Virus record (IMG/VR): IMGVR_UViG_3300032313_001035
DNA: 64,000 bases
Strand: one strand, 5' to 3'
DNA from: a virus
The notes below the pieces were generated by a model. The model had not been told where the DNA came from. It did not search any database and saw only the letters and a list, made by a program, of their open reading frames with translations. Within the stretch, counting starts at the first letter, position 1; each line of letters starts with the position of its first letter. Position numbers and translations under genes: made by a program. This document shows positions 1 to 6,187 of this stretch, piece after piece.

Positions 1-57
1 GGTGGAATGTATTCCAGAGCAATACGAGAGGGCAACTGGCAGATTGTCAAGAGCTAA
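1..57 (+). CDS. 3' end of an upstream array gene (partial)
   Basis: Open frame GGMYSRAIREGNWQIVKS* ending TAA at 55-57, just before the motif copy at 60. Confidence 0.5.
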   Translation, partial: GGMYSRAIREGNWQIVKS

Positions 58-84
58 CGTAAAAACCACATTAGAATAATTTAT

Positions 85-160
85 GCGCTTGTAGCTCAGT
101 GGTTAGAGCAGGGGTCTCATAAACCCTTGGTCACTGGTTCAAGTCCAGTCGGGCGCACCA
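85..160 (+). tRNA. tRNA with CAT anticodon, probably tRNA-Ile2 (lysidine type) rather than Met
   Basis: 76-nt cloverleaf: GCGCTTG/CGGGCGC acceptor stem, TAGCTCAGTGGTTAGAGC D-arm, CTCATAA anticodon loop, TTCAAGT T-loop, encoded CCA; body resembles bacterial ileX; lacks initiator hallmarks. Confidence 0.9.
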
Positions 161-188
161 CTCATAAAAACCACATTAAACTACACCC

Positions 189-533
189 ATGGCAACCGAA
201 CAACAACTGAAGAAAGCGTTGGACACCGCATGCGAGAACATGTTTCTGGAATACGCTAACAACTGGCTAACACTGGAATGTATGGCAAGTGACAAGCACA
301 TGTCTGTCAACGCATTACGCGCTATGATAGAACATGGTAAGGCAATCAACAATGCTCGTTTATTCCCTACGCATGAGCAGATTTTTGAGCGTGTTCGCGA
401 ATTGTTCAATGGTAACATGAACCATGCGTCCATGCACAATAGGGAATCGTTGGATGATCTGATTGCTGATCTGGTGCAATATCGCGAGTCATTGCCAATG
501 ATCGCTGAATACATGAAGTTCAACCTACTGTAA
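189..533 (+). CDS. Array cassette, hypothetical protein (114 aa)
   Basis: ATG 6 nt after TAAACT of motif 165; stop is the TAA of motif 531. Confidence 0.85.
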   Translation: MATEQQLKKALDTACENMFLEYANNWLTLECMASDKHMSVNALRAMIEHGKAINNARLFPTHEQIFERVRELFNGNMNHASMHNRESLDDLIADLVQYRESLPMIAEYMKFNLL

Positions 534-554
534 AAACCACATTAAACTATTGCC

Positions 555-863
555 ATGATATTAAACTTAACACCACACTCAGTCACTGACACGGTGACTA
601 ACACGACATTTCCACCACACGGTTCTACTGTCCCTAGAGTAGCAACGACCTCTACTCAAGTGGGTGACATTGATGGAATACCATTGTTTGCCACGACATT
701 TGGTGACGTTCAAGATGCGCCACCGATTCAAGATGGTGTGTTCTACATCGTCAGTCTATTGGTAAAACAGGCATTACCGCATCGTAAGGACTTGCTATCA
801 CCGGGAACTCTCGTTAGAGATGACAAGGGCAACCCCATTGGATGCAAGGGATTCAACGCATAA
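555..863 (+). CDS. Array cassette, conserved phage hypothetical (NLTPH...VRDxxGxxIGC type)
   Basis: Motif-to-motif ORF; NLTPH N-terminus and VRDDKGNPIGC C-terminus seen in a widespread viral family of unknown function. Confidence 0.85.
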   Translation: MILNLTPHSVTDTVTNTTFPPHGSTVPRVATTSTQVGDIDGIPLFATTFGDVQDAPPIQDGVFYIVSLLVKQALPHRKDLLSPGTLVRDDKGNPIGCKGFNA

Positions 864-887
864 AAACCACATTAAACTGATTGCGCC

Positions 888-1076
888 ATGACACGCTACT
901 ACACAAACCAACTGTTGGAAATGATCGAAGAAGGTATCCTTGATAGGGATACTGTTATTAACGCCTGTCTCTCATACATGTCTGAGTCTGAAGTTCAGGA
1001 CATGATGGAGTCGAATGAGTTCATCGAAGAAGAGGAAGAGGAGGACGAAGAAGAGGAAGAGGAGGAAGAGGAATAA
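888..1076 (+). CDS. Array cassette, small very acidic protein with poly-Glu tail
   Basis: Motif-to-motif ORF ending EEEEEEDEEEEEEEEE. Confidence 0.8.
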   Translation: MTRYYTNQLLEMIEEGILDRDTVINACLSYMSESEVQDMMESNEFIEEEEEEDEEEEEEEEE

Positions 1077-1103
1077 AAACCACCTTAAACTATTGCCACA
1101 CCT

Positions 1104-1331
1104 ATGACTAACAGACAAAAATGCCGCCGTATCATTAACGCGATCTGCTTGAAAGAATCAGGATTGTCGCTTGATGAACTACCAGATCTGCCTTGCATCA
1201 TGTATGCCCTTGATGAAATGGAGGCACTGGTCGATGCTGATGGGAGCGATACTCTCATGTCAGAATTGCAGAACATTGCACAAGATGCTGTGTTTGAATT
1301 ACTGGAAGAAGAAAGGATTTTGTTGGACTGA
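1104..1331 (+). CDS. Array cassette, acidic hypothetical protein
   Basis: ATG follows motif 1074. Confidence 0.8.
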   Translation: MTNRQKCRRIINAICLKESGLSLDELPDLPCIMYALDEMEALVDADGSDTLMSELQNIAQDAVFELLEEERILLD

Positions 1332-1372
1332 AATCCCTGCGTAAAAACCACCTTAAACTACTGGCACACCAT

Positions 1373-1696
1373 ATGAAAAACAACTGGAAACCTGTTATCA
1401 AATCGTTCTTCACTATCGCACTTGCCCATGGGTTCACCATCCACACTGTAGACAACGGTGATGGTGAAGATGTTCTCATGAATAGCATCGAGGAAGCAGT
1501 GGAAGAAGTCACTGCCACAGATGAGTCCCACGTGGTTCTACTTGCTCCTGATGGCAAGCGTGTGTGGTTCTTTCTGGTTCTCGGTAATGAGCCATTTGAA
1601 ACGATCTGCAACTACTCTGTCTATGATCTGGCAGACAAGGTGCATGCGGAGTTCTCAGACGAGTGGGAAGGCAAACCCTGCCCACAGATCGCATAA
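1373..1696 (+). CDS. Array cassette, hypothetical protein
   Basis: ATG follows motif 1342; stop is the TAA of motif 1694. Confidence 0.85.
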   Translation: MKNNWKPVIKSFFTIALAHGFTIHTVDNGDGEDVLMNSIEEAVEEVTATDESHVVLLAPDGKRVWFFLVLGNEPFETICNYSVYDLADKVHAEFSDEWEGKPCPQIA

Positions 1697-1724
1697 AAAC
1701 CACCGCAAACTATTGCCGCACCTT

Positions 1725-1823
1725 ATGCTGATTCTGATATTACTAACAATGCTCACGTTAGATTCAAGGTCTGTGCTGATGTATGTCATTACGATCTGTT
1801 CATGGATTTACTATTGCATTTGA
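1725..1823 (+). CDS. Array cassette, 32-aa hydrophobic peptide MLILILLTMLTLDSRSVLMYVITICSWIYYCI
   Basis: Exactly fills the gap between motifs 1694 and 1824; 3' part of track ORF 1521..1823. Confidence 0.7.
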   Translation: MLILILLTMLTLDSRSVLMYVITICSWIYYCI

Positions 1824-1847
1824 TAAAAACCACCTTAAACTATTGCC

Positions 1848-2135
1848 ATGCCTGATATTCGAGACACACTGGTTCATGCTGTAACACAGTATGATTTGAA
1901 AGAAAGTAAAAAACCTACTTACAATAGCTATGCTCTGGCGCATTACATTGCTCGTATTGATGATATCATGCGAGACATTGAAGCAGGTGCAGATACCCGC
2001 GAAGCTATTGTTGCTGGCTTTACTGGTAGACTATTAAACACTTGTTTGCGTTCTCTGAAACTCCCGAAACCATCACAAGATGAGATGCAGGGAATGTGGA
2101 GTCTTGTCTATCATCCTGTGAAAAACCATTCGTAA
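1848..2135 (+). CDS. Array cassette, hypothetical protein
   Basis: Motif-to-motif ORF; stop is the TAA of motif 2133. Confidence 0.85.
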   Translation: MPDIRDTLVHAVTQYDLKESKKPTYNSYALAHYIARIDDIMRDIEAGADTREAIVAGFTGRLLNTCLRSLKLPKPSQDEMQGMWSLVYHPVKNHS

Positions 2136-2162
2136 AAACCACCTTAAACTACTGGCACACCT

Positions 2163-2429
2163 ATGACAAACACCGACATCATTACCAAGTTCCTCAATGG
2201 CGCAATCGCTGGCACGATTCGTCGCACTAACTCCTACACAGGGGGAAATCACACTCCCTTGTTCATCGAGGGTGCTACCCTCTTTTCCTATGGTCATCAC
2301 TATGAACTAGCAAAGCGTATGCCTGATGGTTCTGTGTGGGTGAACAATACACGCTACAGCGCAACCACAAGCAAACATGCTTCACTGGTTCGTTCCCTAG
2401 CGATTCGTAAGGGCATCACCCTTGCCTAA
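2163..2429 (+). CDS. Array cassette, conserved phage hypothetical (YSxTTSKH motif)
   Basis: ATG follows motif 2133; LFSYG...RYSATTSKH pattern common in phage early proteins. Confidence 0.85.
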   Translation: MTNTDIITKFLNGAIAGTIRRTNSYTGGNHTPLFIEGATLFSYGHHYELAKRMPDGSVWVNNTRYSATTSKHASLVRSLAIRKGITLA

Positions 2430-2431
2430 CT

Positions 2432-2490
2432 TTCTAGGTAGACATGGCAACGTCCCCCTCTCTGGTGGTCGGGGAGGGGGGCAACCCATG
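2432..2490 (+). other. Intergenic GC-rich hairpin element, copy 1
   Basis: TTCTAGGTAGACATGGCAA then CCCCCTCTCT/GGGGAGGGGG stem; no U-tract; related to 3069-3130. Confidence 0.7.
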
Positions 2491-2515
2491 ATAAAAACCA
2501 CATTAAGATATTGCC

Positions 2516-2758
2516 ATGCCCACTGCAACCATCAATCCTAAAGAGATCGCGGTAACTCACACCGTGCGTCCCGATGTCAACCGCGAGTTCCTCACCATCG
2601 AATGTCCTAACGGATGGGATGACGTGAAAAAACTTACGAAGAAAGTCCTGACTTTCGAGGGTCGTAAGTTCACCTTTGCTAGTTGGAACTCTGACTACAA
2701 CTACGCATCGTTCGTGTGTCCGTTGAATGGAAAACCATCTATCGCCACCATCTCCTGA
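2516..2758 (+). CDS. Array cassette, hypothetical protein
   Basis: ATG 6 nt after TAAGAT of motif 2492. Confidence 0.85.
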   Translation: MPTATINPKEIAVTHTVRPDVNREFLTIECPNGWDDVKKLTKKVLTFEGRKFTFASWNSDYNYASFVCPLNGKPSIATIS

Positions 2759-2790
2759 GATGGTAAAAACCACCTTAAACTAACTGTGCC

Positions 2791-3078
2791 ATGACAACCA
2801 TGCAACTACCCACGATAGGCGATCTCGCCAAAGCACTCACAAACATCAAAATGTTTATTGATGATGATATGCGTGAGACGAATGATGACCTTCCAAGCAT
2901 TCATGTCACTCTTGCCTGTGGCGAGAAAGGATATGCTTTGCAGATGAGTGACAACTCTTACACTGGTGCTGCCTATTCCTTTCCACACTGGGGTGTTGGC
3001 ACACTTTACCGCCGCACTAACTCTCGTGACCTTGCACGGGATTTGATTAACCAGTGCCGCGACCTTGCTTCTAGGTGA
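2791..3078 (+). CDS. Array cassette, hypothetical protein
   Basis: ATG follows motif 2764. Confidence 0.85.
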   Translation: MTTMQLPTIGDLAKALTNIKMFIDDDMRETNDDLPSIHVTLACGEKGYALQMSDNSYTGAAYSFPHWGVGTLYRRTNSRDLARDLINQCRDLASR

Positions 3079-3130
3079 ACATGGCAAGCCCTTCCCCCTC
3101 TCGTTTCATTAAAGGGGGGAGGGCAATTCA
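3069..3130 (+). other. Intergenic GC-rich hairpin element, copy 2
   Basis: TTCTAGGTGAACATGGCAA then GCCCTTCCCCCT/AGGGGGGAGGGC 12-bp stem; no U-tract. Confidence 0.7.
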
Positions 3131-3160
3131 TCGTAAAAACCACATTAAACTGACTGTGCT

Positions 3161-3370
3161 ATGATTACCATAACATCCACATTCGTTTCGCCACTTGATG
3201 AGAAAAACCGCTACACCGTTTGGAATGCCTTTTCAGATGGAAGCGCATCGTCTACTGAAGTTACTCGCCACACGGAACACCTTGGCAGTGCTAAGGTGAC
3301 ATGGAAGGAAAATCATGCTGCTGGTAGTTACATGGCAGAGATGATTCAGAAGATGGGACAACTCCAGTAA
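3161..3370 (+). CDS. Array cassette, hypothetical protein
   Basis: Motif-to-motif ORF; stop is the TAA of motif 3368. Confidence 0.85.
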   Translation: MITITSTFVSPLDEKNRYTVWNAFSDGSASSTEVTRHTEHLGSAKVTWKENHAAGSYMAEMIQKMGQLQ

Positions 3371-3394
3371 AAACCACATTAAACTGACTGCACC

Positions 3395-3949
3395 ATGACT
3401 ACCATGACCACCACCACTGCCTCCCCTCGTCAGACGTTTGCCCTTTTCTGCGCTACTGGAAAGGACTGGCGAAACGTCAATCTAACCCGCGAGCAAGTTT
3501 CTGCCATGCTTACAGCATGCCAAGGCGTTCGCGGCAACAAGACTGCTGCACTGGCAATCTGCGAAAGCGTATTGTCAGGCAATCCATTGCCAGCACCTGC
3601 ACCAGCAACCCCTTCATGGCAAGCTATCTATGATGAAGCGTGTGCTGCTGGCAATGCTGCTGCTGCTGCATGCAAGCCTGAGCCTATGCTCATCCAAGGC
3701 TATGCACCTGTCATGGGGGGCGTTTGTGGCTTCGCTGGGGTGAAGTTTCCCGATGCTCGCAAACCGTTTGCCAAATGGCTAGTGAAGGAAGGCATCGCTC
3801 GCAAGAACTATGGCACGGGTGTCTATGTCAATATGGGTTTCGAGATTGGTGGGCAATCCCTAACGATAAAAGAGCATTATGCCAGCGCGTTTGCTAGCGT
3901 ATGTGCAAAGCACGGTATCGAATGCCGTGTGGAAAGCCGCATAGACTGA
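3395..3949 (+). CDS. Array cassette, two-domain conserved phage hypothetical
   Basis: PAPAPA linker; C-domain GVCGFA...QSLTIKE.YA.AFA...SRID resembles a common phage family. Confidence 0.85.
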   Translation: MTTMTTTTASPRQTFALFCATGKDWRNVNLTREQVSAMLTACQGVRGNKTAALAICESVLSGNPLPAPAPATPSWQAIYDEACAAGNAAAAACKPEPMLIQGYAPVMGGVCGFAGVKFPDARKPFAKWLVKEGIARKNYGTGVYVNMGFEIGGQSLTIKEHYASAFASVCAKHGIECRVESRID

Positions 3950-4016
3950 TCGTAAAAACCACAGTAAGATCATGGCACGGCAAGTCACCTGCTTGTCGTG
4001 CCTAACTACTACCATT

Positions 4017-4283
4017 ATGAAAACACTTGTCCTTAAAACCGTTTGCCATAACTGCAAAGTCTTAGCGTTTGTATTGAATCGCTGCTACCATCACGTGGCA
4101 CGGGTGCTGCCTACCATCACATTGATTGTCACGGCACTGGCAATGCTCATCGCACCTACGTGCATTGTGCTGGCAATCATGCTGCTGCAACCTACTGGTG
4201 CGATGCTGGCACTGCTGCTGCTGTTGCTTTTCACGTCCTGTAGCTCATGCGCGTTCCTGATGAGCTATGTGCAACGTCGATAA
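4017..4283 (+). CDS. Array cassette, membrane protein (alternative start 3972)
   Basis: Two long hydrophobic stretches; stop is the TAA of motif 4281; hairpin 3974-4002 lies before ATG 4017. Confidence 0.7.
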   Translation: MKTLVLKTVCHNCKVLAFVLNRCYHHVARVLPTITLIVTALAMLIAPTCIVLAIMLLQPTGAMLALLLLLLFTSCSSCAFLMSYVQRR

Positions 4284-4307
4284 AAACCACCTTAAACTGT
4301 CACTGCC

Positions 4308-4538
4308 ATGATTGACTATGTCTCTACCAGCGAGGGTGAGGGTTACTTCACCGTGAACGGCAAGCGCGGGTTCTCCTGCGATTGCGTATTGAATCTGTAT
4401 CTGCGTGGAACTAACGCTACGCTAGCGGCAGTGCATGTTCTTTCCAAGTGGAAGGCTAAAGCGGATGCTGAAGCAGCACGTGCTGAAGCAGCATGGGAGC
4501 GTTTCGCAAACGACAACCCAGAGCTAAGTTACCTGTAA
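4308..4538 (+). CDS. Array cassette, hypothetical protein
   Basis: Motif-to-motif ORF. Confidence 0.85.
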   Translation: MIDYVSTSEGEGYFTVNGKRGFSCDCVLNLYLRGTNATLAAVHVLSKWKAKADAEAARAEAAWERFANDNPELSYL

Positions 4539-4562
4539 AAACTACCTTAAACTGACTGTGCC

Positions 4563-4793
4563 ATGAATAACATTCCTGCTGACACCACTGTGCGCGACAA
4601 TCGCGGTTGCACCATCATCACCACCTACAATAAGAAGGTGGCAGACATCTGCATTGCTAGCATGGGAAGGAGCGCACGTTCCTTCCAAAAGTCTGGTAAT
4701 GATGGGTTGCCCGATTGTTACACGATCACGATCAGTCCTTCGACTGGAAAGATTGTTGATGTCACCCGCGATTTCACTCCTATGTTCGGGTAG
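4563..4793 (+). CDS. Array cassette, hypothetical protein
   Basis: ATG follows motif 4536. Confidence 0.85.
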   Translation: MNNIPADTTVRDNRGCTIITTYNKKVADICIASMGRSARSFQKSGNDGLPDCYTITISPSTGKIVDVTRDFTPMFG

Positions 4794-4831
4794 GAGTGAC
4801 CTGATAAAAACCACCTTAAACTGACTGTGCC

Positions 4832-5125
4832 ATGACTATCGTCACCACCACCGCTACGTTCACCGCGCCTATGATTCAGGCTTTTCTCGACTTCATCGCC
4901 CCATCTGCGGGTCAGGTGATTGAGATGCCCAATGGCAAGGTATTGCTTAACTTCACAGAAGAAGGCGACAAACTTGTCGCATGGATTTCAGAGGGTGCGA
5001 CCCCTGCACCATGGAACGTGCAGAGCATGCGCTTGAAATGGCTAGAGCCTGAAGAACTTGCTGCTGTTCGCGAGCTTTGTGACAACCCCAGCAAAGCCAA
5101 AGTGCTGGGCTATGTCGGTATGTAA
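4832..5125 (+). CDS. Array cassette, hypothetical protein
   Basis: Motif-to-motif ORF. Confidence 0.85.
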   Translation: MTIVTTTATFTAPMIQAFLDFIAPSAGQVIEMPNGKVLLNFTEEGDKLVAWISEGATPAPWNVQSMRLKWLEPEELAAVRELCDNPSKAKVLGYVGM

Positions 5126-5149
5126 AAACCACCTTAAACTGTCCATACC

Positions 5150-5449
5150 ATGACTACCATGACACTCGCATCCATCGCACCCGCCGCCACCATCGCCTTC
5201 AACCTTGGTGGCTATTACAATGACAAAGGACAACAATGTGCTGCTGCTGACATCGGCAACGGTATGGTCTACTTCGTAGACATCGCACGTGGTCTTGACT
5301 ACTTCTTCGAATGTGGTCTGTCCGTATCGGAGATACGTTATCAGTATGTCAACAATCGTGGTGTGCATGTGCGCTTCGATGACTACGATTCAGTGAATCA
5401 GCTTCGTAGAGAGTTGGAAGCACTTGCTGCTACCGCACCTGCGATCTGA
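5150..5449 (+). CDS. Array cassette (last), hypothetical protein
   Basis: ATG follows motif 5123; TGA abuts motif 5450. Confidence 0.85.
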   Translation: MTTMTLASIAPAATIAFNLGGYYNDKGQQCAAADIGNGMVYFVDIARGLDYFFECGLSVSEIRYQYVNNRGVHVRFDDYDSVNQLRRELEALAATAPAI

Positions 5450-5469
5450 TAAAAACCACCGCGATTCTC

Positions 5470-5510
5470 AGCCCTCAGTGTCTTCGGACGCTGGGGGCTT
5501 TTTTTGTTTT
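5470..5510 (+). terminator. Intrinsic terminator closing the array
   Basis: AGCCCTCAGTGTC-TTCG-GACGCTGGGGGCT stem (cUUCGg loop) followed by a T tract. Confidence 0.92.
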
Positions 5511-5598
5511 TAGGCATAGGTGGTTTTTACGAGGGGGGGGTCTGTTAGGAATAGGATAAAAACTACATCGGGGGTGGTGGGTAGGGGGGTGCCATGGC

Positions 5599-5744
5599 TA
5601 AAAATTTTTTTAATATATTTTTCGAATTTTTCCCTATAGCGCTCCTATTTGATAAAAATTTTTTTATATATTTTTCGAATTTTCCTTTATAGCGCCTAAA
5701 ATCTAAAAAAATTTTTTTTATATATTTTTCGAATTTTTCCCTAT
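5599..5744. repeat. Three tandem ~44-bp AT-rich direct repeats
   Basis: TAAAAATTTTTTT(A)ATATATTTTTCGAATTTTyCCyTAT(AGCGC) at ~5599, ~5653, ~5704. Confidence 0.9.
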
Positions 5745-5765
5745 GGTCTCTGGCGTTATTGGGAA

Positions 5766-6173
5766 TTATTTAATTTTAGTGTCTTCGGGAATATCTTTTT
5801 CTGGTACTATATACACATCGATAACACTTTTATTTTCTATATCTTTGGCTTTTTTTAATCGGTTTAAACCATCGGCTACCGACAGACCATATGATTTGTC
5901 TTTAATGACTAACAATGGAAATGATGTATCTGCTTTCATCATACGAGCGTTTGATTTTTTTGGATCTTCCTTGTTTTGTTTATTCCACCATTTCAATTCG
6001 TGTTTGAGTTTTGAAATGGGATAATCCTTTTTAAAATATTTATCTTTATTTTTCTCGGCAAATTTTACTACTGCTTCTACAGATCTCTTAACACCTTTAT
6101 CATCCTCCATTACAGAATCTTTGAAGTTCTCTAGAATTTGTTTCGAATTAAAAAAGTTTTGGAAAGATATCAT
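5766..6173 (-). CDS. ParB/Srx-like domain protein
   Basis: ADTSFPLLV...VADGLNRL resembles the ParB-N DGxHR motif; start moved to 6173 because TATAAATA lies 5 nt upstream. Confidence 0.6.
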   Translation of the reverse strand: MISFQNFFNSKQILENFKDSVMEDDKGVKRSVEAVVKFAEKNKDKYFKKDYPISKLKHELKWWNKQNKEDPKKSNARMMKADTSFPLLVIKDKSYGLSVADGLNRLKKAKDIENKSVIDVYIVPEKDIPEDTKIK

Positions 6174-6187
6174 AAGATTATTTATAT

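Larger units (their letters stand above)
60..5568 (+). repeat. Dispersed cassette-delimiting repeat RTAAAAACCAC(A/C)T-TAnnnT
   Basis: Copies start at 60,165,531,861,1074,1342,1694,1824,2133,2492,2764,3134,3368,3953,4281,4536,4805,5123,5450; inverted copy 5518-5529; variant TAAAAACTACAT at 5557. Confidence 0.97.

Noticed and set aside
85-160. Initiator tRNA-fMet
   Set aside because: It has a paired G1-C72 and lacks the three consecutive G-C pairs next to the anticodon loop.
545-4835. Kozak-like GCCATG implying a eukaryotic virus
   Set aside because: Bacterial-type tRNA, intrinsic terminator, -10-like hexamers and T4-like core genes indicate a bacteriophage.
176-5368. Minus-strand ORFs across the array, and the full ORF 1521..1823
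   Set aside because: They are shadows of the motif-anchored plus-strand genes; several share LRWFL or MVF simply from reading the repeat backwards.
60-5460. CRISPR array
   Set aside because: The intervening units are 105-585 bp whole genes, the repeat is short and non-palindromic, and no cas genes are present.
60-5460. Classical integron with attC sites
   Set aside because: The repeat lacks attC dyad symmetry and RYYYAAC/GTTRRRY ends, and no IntI is in the window; only the architecture is analogous.
5743-6024. Plus-strand 93-aa ORF after the tandem repeats
   Set aside because: Antisense to the ParB-like gene, which has a late promoter and a recognisable motif.
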